DNA from: Opitutia bacterium KCR 482
GTDB taxonomy: Bacteria > Verrucomicrobiota > Verrucomicrobiia > Opitutales > Intestinicryptomonadaceae
Length of the DNA stretch: 32,000 bases
Assembly: GCA_029269845.2 (NCBI GenBank)
Contig: CP149973.1
Coordinates: 570,001-602,000, forward strand
Direction: 5' to 3'
The position numbers were made by a program, and so were the translations under genes. The notes under the pieces were generated by a model. The model saw nothing but the letters and a program-made list of their open reading frames with translations. It was not told where the DNA came from and did not search any database. Below are positions 24,741 through 32,000 of the stretch, one piece after another (the stretch's first letter is position 1; the number at the start of each line of letters is the position of its first letter).

Positions 24741-25235
24741 ATGGGAGACGATAAACGAAACAAAGTGGTTTTTGTCTGTTCGGGCAACATCTGCCGCTCG
24801 CCCATGGGCGAGGCTCTGCTCAAACACGCAGTCGCCGCGACCGACGCAAACGACCCAGTCCGCAAGCTCGAAATCTGCTCGGCGGGGGTATCGACGGTTG
24901 ACGGCATGCTGCCGAGCGCGCACTCGATAGAGGCTCTCGCAAAAGTGGGAATCGACATTTCGGGCTACCGCTCGACCGCCATGACGCAGAAAATCGCGGA
25001 CGGGGCGTTCGCGATTTTCGCGATGGACTCGTCGCATATCGACGCGCTCAAAAGCCGCTTCCGCAACCTTCCCGAACGCCTGTTCAGGGTGCTCGATTTA
25101 AGCGAAAAGGCGAAATACAAAGACGTGTTCGACCCCTACGGCGGCAACTTGGCGGACTACACCGAAGTGCGCGACGAAATAGTCTCGGCAATACCCTCAA
25201 TTTTAAAATACCTGCAAAATGAAACAAAAGCTTAG
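24741..25235 (+). CDS. low-molecular-weight protein phosphatase (LMW-PTP fold)
   Basis: The P-loop is VVFVCSGNICRSPMGEA (CX5R-S). The DP general-acid loop is VFDPYGG. The product is 164 aa. Confidence 0.9.
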   Translation: MGDDKRNKVVFVCSGNICRSPMGEALLKHAVAATDANDPVRKLEICSAGVSTVDGMLPSAHSIEALAKVGIDISGYRSTAMTQKIADGAFAIFAMDSSHIDALKSRFRNLPERLFRVLDLSEKAKYKDVFDPYGGNLADYTEVRDEIVSAIPSILKYLQNETKA

Positions 25236-25665
25236 CATAGGTTGCGACCACGGCGCAATCGACCTCAAAAACGCGCTCGTCGCCGCGCTCTCCGGCGACT
25301 TCGAAATTACAGACGAAGGCACTTTCGACAAGTCGAGCGTAGACTACCCCGACTTCGCCGCAAAAGTCTGCGCCGACGTGAAATCGGGCAACGCCGGCTT
25401 CGGCGTGCTGCTGTGCACCACGGGAATCGGAATGTCGATAGCCGCGAACAAGGTGCGGGGAATCCGCGCCGCGCTCTGCCACAACGAAGACTGCGCAAAA
25501 TTCTCGCGCCTGCACAACAACGCAAACGTAATCTGCATGGGCGCAAAATACGTCCCAGCGGAACTCGCCGAAAGGCTCGTGCGGATTTTCGCGGAAACGC
25601 AGTTCGAGGGCGGACGCCACGAAAGGCGCGTCGGAAAATTCATGGACTTCGAAAAAGATTGTTAA
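25219..25665 (+). CDS. rpiB: ribose-5-phosphate isomerase B
   Basis: The ATG overlaps the 3' end of the phosphatase gene by 17 nt. Motifs present are IGCDHGA, LLCTTGIGMSIAANKVRGIRAA and ERRV. The product is 148 aa. Confidence 0.92.
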   Translation: MKQKLSIGCDHGAIDLKNALVAALSGDFEITDEGTFDKSSVDYPDFAAKVCADVKSGNAGFGVLLCTTGIGMSIAANKVRGIRAALCHNEDCAKFSRLHNNANVICMGAKYVPAELAERLVRIFAETQFEGGRHERRVGKFMDFEKDC

Positions 25666-25757
25666 AGATTTTAGTTGCAAAAAAACGGCAAAGTCGGAAT
25701 CTCAAAATCTCCCGCATTCCGCGGAACAAAAAATAAACGCTCACAACACGTTTCACA

Positions 25758-27017
25758 ATGAACAACGCCATCAAAGCAGCTCCCCTCAAAGAAGTAGACA
25801 GCGCGGTTTTCGACGCAATCAAGGCCGAAACCAACCGTCAGCAAACGCATATCGAACTCATCGCCTCGGAAAACTTCGTTATCCCCGCGGTTATGGAAGC
25901 AATGGGCTCGACCCTCACAAACAAATACGCCGAAGGCTATCCGGGCAAAAGATACTACGGCGGCTGCGAATTTGTGGACATCGTTGAACAGCTCGCAATC
26001 GACAGGGCTAAGGAGCTTTTCGGCGCGGAACACGTAAACGTACAGCCCCACTCAGGCTCGCAGGCGAACATCGCAGTCTACACGGCGGTGCTCCAACCCG
26101 GCGACAAAATCCTGACAATGTCGCTCGAACACGGCGGACACCTCTCGCACGGACACCCCAAGAACCTTTCGGGCATGCTCTACAACGTAGTAAACTACGG
26201 CGTTGACGAAAAAACTGGCTATATAGACTACGACAAGCTCGAAGAAACCGCAATGGCGGAAAAGCCGAAGCTCATCACGGTCGGCGCGTCGGCATACCCG
26301 CGCACAATAGACTTCGAAAGAATGTCGCAAATCGCCAAGAAATGCGGCGCAATGATTATGGCGGACATCGCGCACATCGCGGGCTTGGTCGCGGCGGGCG
26401 TGCACCCCTCGCCCGTTCCGTTCTGCGACTTCGTGACGACAACTACACACAAGACCCTCAGAGGCCCGCGCGGCGGCATCATCATGTGCCGCGAGCAGTA
26501 CGCAAAGGCAATCGACTCGGCAATCTTCCCCGGAACGCAGGGAGGGCCTCTCATGCACGTCATCGCGGGCAAGGCGGTTTGCTTCGGCGAAGCGCTCAAA
26601 GACTCTTTCAAGGAATACCAGAAGCAGATTGTCAAGAACTCCAAGGCTCTCGCGGAAGGCTTGATGAAACGCGGCATCGGGCTGGTATCGGGCGGCACGG
26701 ACAACCACCTGCTGCTCATCGACCTGCGCATTAAACACCCCGACCTCACGGGCAAAGACGCGCAGACGGCTCTCGACAAGGCGAACATCACGACGAACAA
26801 AAACACAATCCCCGGCGAAACGCGCTCGCCCTTCAAGGCAAGCGGCATCAGACTCGGCACGCCCGCGGTTACAAGCCGCGGCATGAAAGAGGAAGACATG
26901 GACAGAATCGCCGAGGCAATCGTTACGGTTCTGAACGCGCCCGAAGACGAAGCGGAAATAGCAAAGGCAAAGGCAATCGCCGAAGACCTCTGCAAAAAAT
27001 ACCCGCTTCCCTACTAA
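25758..27017 (+). CDS. glyA: serine hydroxymethyltransferase
   Basis: Motifs present are ELIASENF and [18 protein letters not shown]. The PLP-lysine block is [14 protein letters not shown]. The product is 419 aa. Confidence 0.95.
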   Translation: MNNAIKAAPLKEVDSAVFDAIKAETNRQQTHIELIASENFVIPAVMEAMGSTLTNKYAEGYPGKRYYGGCEFVDIVEQLAIDRAKELFGAEHVNVQPHSGSQANIAVYTAVLQPGDKILTMSLEHGGHLSHGHPKNLSGMLYNVVNYGVDEKTGYIDYDKLEETAMAEKPKLITVGASAYPRTIDFERMSQIAKKCGAMIMADIAHIAGLVAAGVHPSPVPFCDFVTTTTHKTLRGPRGGIIMCREQYAKAIDSAIFPGTQGGPLMHVIAGKAVCFGEALKDSFKEYQKQIVKNSKALAEGLMKRGIGLVSGGTDNHLLLIDLRIKHPDLTGKDAQTALDKANITTNKNTIPGETRSPFKASGIRLGTPAVTSRGMKEEDMDRIAEAIVTVLNAPEDEAEIAKAKAIAEDLCKKYPLPY

Positions 27018-27042
27018 AATACGGACGGCAATTTGACGTTTC

Positions 27043-27080
27043 GGGGAATGTCGGGCAATGCGGCATTCCCCGTTTTTTTA
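27043..27080 (+). terminator. intrinsic terminator after glyA
   Basis: The stem is GGGGAATG (27043-50) / CATTCCCC (27064-71). It is followed by G and T7 (27073-79). Confidence 0.7.
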
Positions 27081-27099
27081 ATTCAAAAAGAAAACAACA

Positions 27100-29049
27100 A
27101 TGTCTGAAACAAACGAAGAACTCAAAAAACTCGTAGCGGCGGCGCAGGGAAAGATTCTGCCCGCAAGCTCCGAAAATTTGGCAAAATGGCTGTCGCACGA
27201 CTTCCTGCCCGAATGGGCGCTGGAATCGCTCGCGGAACTCTTCAAAAAAGGCGACTTCGACGAAATCGACGACAGGTTTTTCAAACCGCTCGCGTTCGGA
27301 ACGGGCGGCATGCGCGGACGCACAATCGGCAAAAAGTCGGCTTCGGCGGAACTCGGAACGGTGTCCGACAAGGGCACGCCCGAACACGCGGCGGTCGGCG
27401 CAAGCTATATGAACGACTTCAACGTAGCCCGCGCCACGATGGGGCTTTTCAACTACTGCAAAAAATTTCTCGACTCAAACGGCGGCGGCACGCCCAAGCT
27501 CGCCGTCGCCTGCGACGTCCGCCACTTCTCGACGCACTTCGCGCAGCTCTGCGCCTCGGTGTGGCGCAAAATGGGCGGCGAAGTCTACCTCTTCGACGGC
27601 CCGCGCTCCACGCCGCAACTGTCGTTTACGGTGCGCAACCTCGCAACGACGGCGGGAATCGTAATCACGGCGAGCCACAACCCGCCGCACGACAACGGCT
27701 ACAAGGTCTACTTCGGCGACGGAGCGCAGGTAATCTCGCCCCACGCGGAGGGAATCGTGGCGGAGGTAGACAAGATTGAATGGAAGGACATTCGCGACTT
27801 TTTGAAAATCGACCTCGACGGCGTTAAAACCGTTCCGCAGGCGTCGGAGGACGCCTATGTGAAGTCGATAGAAAACTGCGTTATCGACAAGGAGGTAATG
27901 GCGGCCAACAAGCCGAAGCTCGTCTACACGGCGGTGCACGGCACGGGCGCGGCTCTCTGCCCGTCGGTCATGCGCCACTTCGGGCTCGACCCGATTCTCG
28001 TCGACGAGCAGATGGTCATGGACCCGCGCTTCCCGACGGTAAAACAGCCGAACCCCGAATACGCCGAAACGCTCTCGATGGGCATCGCAAAAATGAGGGA
28101 AAGCGGCGCGGAATGCCTCATGGCGACAGACCCCGACGCCGACAGAATGGGCGCGGCAATCAGGACGAAAGACGGCGGCGTGAAAATCCTTACGGGCAAC
28201 ATGATTGGCTCGCTGCTCGCCGACTACCGCGCAACGCAGATGAAGGCGAAGGGCATAATCGTAAGCCCCGAAAAATGCGCCCTCGTAAAGACATTTGTGA
28301 CGACTCCGTTGCAGGATAAAATCGCGGAAATCCACGGGCTGAAATGCGTCAACACGCTCACGGGCTTCAAGTGGATAGGCGGCAAGCTCACCAAGTACGA
28401 AAGGGAACTCGTCGAGGCGACGGGCTCGGACTGCACCGACAGGGGATACGCCGAACGCGCGCGCCTCATGCAAAAGCACAGCACGTTCTTCGTGTTCGGC
28501 GGAGAGGAAAGCTACGGATATCTCGGCACGGACTCCGTGCGCGACAAGGACGCAAACGCGGCGGTCATCATGTTCTCCGAAATGCTCGCATACCTGAAAT
28601 CGCAGGGGAAAACTGTTGAGGAATACCTCGATTCCATTTACCTCAAATGCGGCTACTACCTTGAAGACCTCAAAAGCATCTATCGCGAGGGCGCGTCGGG
28701 TTCGGCGGAAATACAGTCGTTCCTGAAAATGCTCGACGAAAAGCCGCTCGAAGAGGTCGCGGGAGTGAAAGTCGCAAAGGCGGTGAACTTCAACAGGGAC
28801 GAAATTTTCGACGCAGACGGCGACCGCATACCGCGCGAAAAATTCTTCTTCTACACGCTCGAAAACGGATACAGCTTCGCGGTGCGCGGAAGCGGCACCG
28901 AGCCGAAAATCAAGTTCTACGCGTTCGCGGCGGAAAAGGCGGAGTCGGCTGACAAGCTCGACGCGGCAAAACAGACCGCCCGCAAAGAGCTTGACGCCCT
29001 GCTCGACGACCTCGCGCGGAAGTTCGAAAACGCCGTAAAACAGGCTTGA
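27100..29049 (+). CDS. phosphoglucomutase/phosphomannomutase-family phosphosugar mutase (long form, 649 aa)
   Basis: The phosphoserine loop is ITASHNPPHDNGYK. The metal loop is ATDPDADRMG. The sugar loop is GGEESYGY. The phosphate loop is RGSGTEPKIKFY. Confidence 0.9.
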   Translation: MSETNEELKKLVAAAQGKILPASSENLAKWLSHDFLPEWALESLAELFKKGDFDEIDDRFFKPLAFGTGGMRGRTIGKKSASAELGTVSDKGTPEHAAVGASYMNDFNVARATMGLFNYCKKFLDSNGGGTPKLAVACDVRHFSTHFAQLCASVWRKMGGEVYLFDGPRSTPQLSFTVRNLATTAGIVITASHNPPHDNGYKVYFGDGAQVISPHAEGIVAEVDKIEWKDIRDFLKIDLDGVKTVPQASEDAYVKSIENCVIDKEVMAANKPKLVYTAVHGTGAALCPSVMRHFGLDPILVDEQMVMDPRFPTVKQPNPEYAETLSMGIAKMRESGAECLMATDPDADRMGAAIRTKDGGVKILTGNMIGSLLADYRATQMKAKGIIVSPEKCALVKTFVTTPLQDKIAEIHGLKCVNTLTGFKWIGGKLTKYERELVEATGSDCTDRGYAERARLMQKHSTFFVFGGEESYGYLGTDSVRDKDANAAVIMFSEMLAYLKSQGKTVEEYLDSIYLKCGYYLEDLKSIYREGASGSAEIQSFLKMLDEKPLEEVAGVKVAKAVNFNRDEIFDADGDRIPREKFFFYTLENGYSFAVRGSGTEPKIKFYAFAAEKAESADKLDAAKQTARKELDALLDDLARKFENAVKQA

Positions 29050-29070
29050 TAAACCGTCCGCAAACGGTAA

Positions 29071-29100
29071 AAATGTCTCTCTCTGGGAGACATTTTTTTA
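29071..29100 (+). terminator. intrinsic terminator after the phosphosugar mutase gene
   Basis: The stem AAATGTCTC (29071-79) / GAGACATTT (29087-95) runs into a T7 tract. Confidence 0.7.
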
Positions 29101-29142
29101 TGCCGCCCTCCCCCATTTACCCAACAAACAATCCGAAAAACA

Positions 29143-30831
29143 ATGAAGAAAACGGGATTTTTCCAAACCCTGCTGCTTGCGGCGGCGACGCTCGCCGCCC
29201 AGACTTTCGACGCAGACTCCGCAAAGGCGTTCTTCGACGCCTCGCCCGATCTCGCAAAGAAGTCGCGCCAGTATTTTGCCGAGGCGGAAGCGGAATACGC
29301 GCCGAACGCAGCCCCCTCCTACGAAAAACTTGTCGTCGCAAAATACCTGTCCGCGCTCGCAAAATACGGCAAAAGCGCAAGCCCCGAACTCCGCGCCGAA
29401 CTGCTCGGAAACTTCGCGCTGCTCGACGAATTCGTGTCCATTCTCTCGCCCGACGACGACGCCGCGCGGGTGTTCGAAATCCTCGAAAAAATCCGCGCCG
29501 CCGCCCCCGATAAATTCGAAAAATACCCCAAGCTTGCAATCGCCACCGCAGTTGTCTTCGACACTCCCCCGCCCGCAAGCTGGCCGCACGCGCAGGTCTC
29601 CGAAAAGCTCCTGCCGCGCGAGCCGCGCGACCCGCTCGAACGCTTTTCGAAAATCGTCGAAATGCGCGAGCGCGGAAAATTCCTCATTCCCACGGAAAAG
29701 CTTTCGGCGGAGGAGCTGAAATACCTCGTGCCGTCGCCCGCAAGCGACGACGACGCCGAATGGGCGCAGAAAAGCGTCTCGGTAAGCTTGACAAATATAC
29801 CCAAATTGTATCCGTCAATATCATACGACCACGGCAGGCTCTCGCGCAAGGAGTTCGACTGGAACGGCGAAGACTACCGCCTGAAAACAATCAAAGCCCG
29901 CGGCGGAATCTGCACCGACCAAGCCTACTTCACCTCGGAAGTCGCAAAGGCGCGGGGCGTTCCCGCGTTCATATTTTCGGGCGCGGGCAGCGACGGCTTC
30001 CACGCGTGGGTGGGCTACATGCAAAAGCCGAACTCGTGGAACTTCGGCGTCGGACGCTACGAGGGCGCGCGCTTTGTGACGGGCAAAACGCTCGACCCGC
30101 AGACATGGAAAACAGCGACCGACCACGCGCTCGAATCGCTGCGCGAGGGCTTCCGCAACGGCGCAAAATACAAGGCGTCGGAAATGCACGAGGCGTTCGC
30201 AAAGCATTTCTTCGGCAAGGGTGAATTCGCAAAATCGCTCGCGTGCGCAAAGGCGGCGGCAGCCTCCGACCCCCGCAACGCCGACGCGTGGAACACAATC
30301 ATCGACTCGCTCGAAAAGCTCGAACGCCCGAACGCTGAAATCTGCGCCGCCTACGAAAGCGCAATGAGGGCGTTCTCGAAATACCCCGACACCGACGCCG
30401 ACTTCCGCCGACGCCTCGTAAAAATCTACCGCGATGCAAACAACCCCAACGCCGCGCGGAAACTCTCGACTTCGATTATCCTGAAAAACAAGAGCCTGCG
30501 CCCCGACATCGCAATGGAGTTCGCCCGCGCGGAGCTTGAAATAGACATCGCCGACGGCTCGGCGGACAAGCTTGTATCCACATACAAACGCCTGCTTTCG
30601 GCGTTCAGAAACGACTCCGCCGTCGCAATCGACGGGATCACGATTCCCATCGTAAACGCGCTCCTGAAAACCGACAAATACCGCGCCGCCCGCGACATTA
30701 TGAAGACCACCCGACTTGTCCTGAAGCCCTCGAAAGACAGCCTGATTCTCCCCGTCCTCAACAATATCGACACCCAGCTCGACACAATTATCCCCAAGCT
30801 CGACAAGCAGAAGTCGGGCGGCGGCGACTAA
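29143..30831 (+). CDS. secreted transglutaminase-like (Cys-His core) protein with a TPR-like helical C-terminal region
   Basis: The signal peptide is MKKTGFFQTLLLAAATLAAQ. The core RGGICTDQAYFTSEVAKARGVPAFIFSG...DGFHAWVGY resembles the transglutaminase-like Cys...His spacing. The C-terminal third is helical-repeat-like (DPRNADAWNTIIDSLEKL...). Confidence 0.6.
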   Translation: MKKTGFFQTLLLAAATLAAQTFDADSAKAFFDASPDLAKKSRQYFAEAEAEYAPNAAPSYEKLVVAKYLSALAKYGKSASPELRAELLGNFALLDEFVSILSPDDDAARVFEILEKIRAAAPDKFEKYPKLAIATAVVFDTPPPASWPHAQVSEKLLPREPRDPLERFSKIVEMRERGKFLIPTEKLSAEELKYLVPSPASDDDAEWAQKSVSVSLTNIPKLYPSISYDHGRLSRKEFDWNGEDYRLKTIKARGGICTDQAYFTSEVAKARGVPAFIFSGAGSDGFHAWVGYMQKPNSWNFGVGRYEGARFVTGKTLDPQTWKTATDHALESLREGFRNGAKYKASEMHEAFAKHFFGKGEFAKSLACAKAAAASDPRNADAWNTIIDSLEKLERPNAEICAAYESAMRAFSKYPDTDADFRRRLVKIYRDANNPNAARKLSTSIILKNKSLRPDIAMEFARAELEIDIADGSADKLVSTYKRLLSAFRNDSAVAIDGITIPIVNALLKTDKYRAARDIMKTTRLVLKPSKDSLILPVLNNIDTQLDTIIPKLDKQKSGGGD

Positions 30832-30924
30832 CCCGCGCGACGCGCTTGCCTATGCGTCGCGCTTCCACCCTCTGCGCGCATTCCCGCGGCAAAACCAACC
30901 CCGCCGAAAAGTCGGATGCGCAAA

Positions 30925-30968
30925 TAAAAAAAGGCGGAATTTAAAATTCCGCCTTTTGCTTTTTTTTG
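30925..30968. terminator. bidirectional intrinsic terminator between convergent genes
   Basis: An A7 tract is followed by the stem GGCGGAAT (30933-40) / ATTCCGCC (30946-53) and then TTTTGCTTTTTTTT. It is functional-looking in both directions. Confidence 0.75.
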
Positions 30969-30980
30969 AAGCCGCACGCC

Positions 30981-32000
30981 CTACTTCGCCTGACCGCAGT
31001 CGCCGAATACGCGGGCGACGGCGTTAAGGAAGCCGTACCCGAACTCCTTTGACGGTTCGAGATAGCAACCCTCTGTCCATTCGTTCCACGCGTTGAGCGT
31101 TATGAGCTTGGGCATGCCCGCGCGGATGTTTTCGTCCGCCCATTTTTTTGCGATCCGCAAACCGCGCTCGAAGTCGGCGGGATTCGAGCCTACTATCCGT
31201 TTCGTGTATTCGGGATAGCGCGGGTTATTGTCCCAGCCTACCGAAACGTGCGGGAAATATTGTCCGTCGGGATAGCGCGCGGCGATTTCCCCGTATTTGG
31301 CTGTGCTTAGGTCAACCCACTGCGCGTAGGTTAATTCTGGTTCTGCTTTCGTCTTTTCCGACCACGACTCGCTGACCCAGTTGTATGTCGTAAAAGACTC
31401 GAAGCCGAGATACTTCACTACCTCCGCGGGAGTCGCCGACGGATTGCCCGGAATAGCCCTGTCCTTGCCGACGGAATACTCTTTGGCTGGGCAGTTCAGC
31501 AATAAATGCACGCCCTTAAATCCCGCTTTGACGGCCGCCGAATCGAGATATTCGAGACCCTGCTTCGCCGTTGCGCAACCGCCCATTCCGCGAATGAGGT
31601 TTTTCAAGTCGTACACGGCAAACACGGGCTTTCCCGCAATTTTATAGTAATTGGGTTTCTTGAAATACTCGATGAAGCGCGGAACGAGCTTTTCCACAAA
31701 TTCGCCGTAGGAAACGTCGGCACTCCATACGATTTTCGACTTTTCCCTGCCTCCGACTTTGTTGTTCCAAAGCTTGTCTACGTCGTGGTTCGCCCACATC
31801 AGGTAGAACTTCATGCGCTCGTTGTTGGGGGCTTTAAGGAAGCCGTTGTTGAGCGCGTCTTCGAGGAACGGCCTGCCTCCGTACCAATACCAGTCGTAGA
31901 TAAATACGTTCACGCCCGCGGCGAGGGCGGCGTCGATTTTCCGCGCCACGGCAATCGGGTCGGCTTCGTTTTCGTAGCCCCAAAGAGGCTCTATCGGCTG
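30981..32000 (-). CDS. GH99-like / WbsX-family (PF14307-type) protein, N-terminus outside the window
   Basis: The frame stays open from 31949 to the window edge (QPIEPLWGYENEADPIAV-ARKIDAALAAGVNVFIYDWYWY...). The ORF-track M at 31949 is therefore an internal GTG (Val). The YDWYWY, MWANHD and NAWNEWTEG blocks fit my memory of the WbsX/GH99-like family. Confidence 0.7.
   Translation of the reverse strand, partial: QPIEPLWGYENEADPIAVARKIDAALAAGVNVFIYDWYWYGGRPFLEDALNNGFLKAPNNERMKFYLMWANHDVDKLWNNKVGGREKSKIVWSADVSYGEFVEKLVPRFIEYFKKPNYYKIAGKPVFAVYDLKNLIRGMGGCATAKQGLEYLDSAAVKAGFKGVHLLLNCPAKEYSVGKDRAIPGNPSATPAEVVKYLGFESFTTYNWVSESWSEKTKAEPELTYAQWVDLSTAKYGEIAARYPDGQYFPHVSVGWDNNPRYPEYTKRIVGSNPADFERGLRIAKKWADENIRAGMPKLITLNAWNEWTEGCYLEPSKEFGYGFLNAVARVFGDCGQAK

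Noticed and set aside
30835-30862. A GC hairpin, GCGCGACGC...GCGTCGCGC, lies right after the TGase-like stop. It shares 8-mers with the 21660-21689 hairpin, which could suggest a REP-like repeat family.
   Set aside because: The arms are in swapped order, so the two are not copies of one element in either orientation. The loops are unrelated. The shared GCGTCGCG/CGCGACGC strings are expected by chance in this GC- and CG-rich composition.
1-32000. I scanned the whole window for CRISPR arrays, tandem repeats, IS elements, toxin-antitoxin pairs and rRNA or large ncRNA genes.
   Set aside because: I could see no regularly spaced direct repeats, transposase or integrase ORFs, or small paired ORFs. 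No intergenic region exceeds ~185 bp, and the spacers are largely accounted for by terminator hairpins and putative promoter regions.

Overview
This is a GC-rich (roughly 60%) bacterial chromosomal segment, densely packed with about 29 protein genes and one tRNA. Most are core housekeeping genes: nadK (partial), pdxH, hisD, adk, ymdB-like, murA, infC, an amidase, hemL, nadE, two RNA methyltransferases, an LMW phosphatase, rpiB, glyA and a phosphosugar mutase. Single secreted or lipoprotein carbohydrate-active and hydrolase genes are interspersed among them: GH16, GH10, a GH99-like/WbsX protein, an EEP-family nuclease/phosphatase and a transglutaminase-like protein. This suggests a polysaccharide-degrading organism, possibly of the Verrucomicrobiota, Lentisphaerota or Kiritimatiellota type, but the taxon cannot be established from the sequence alone. 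I found no CRISPR array, integrase, transposase, toxin-antitoxin pair or recognisable defence-island architecture, and I cannot honestly point to a clear multi-gene novel system. The items most worth a second look are listed here. (1) A stand-alone, apparently fully functional family-B DNA polymerase sits in core context. (2) hisD is joined within 1 nt to an orphan cytoplasmic PAS histidine kinase. (3) An overlapping nadK / small membrane protein / yihY (with an extra C-terminal domain) / pdxH unit. (4) A membrane-anchored, redox-dead DUF255-like protein whose stop codon lies 1 nt from the convergent kinase stop. (5) An unrecognisable secreted 260-aa protein is followed by four abutting hairpins upstream of nadE. 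Nearly every gene carries a long antisense ORF. These are codon-aligned and explained by avoidance of TTA, CTA and TCA codons, so they were rejected.
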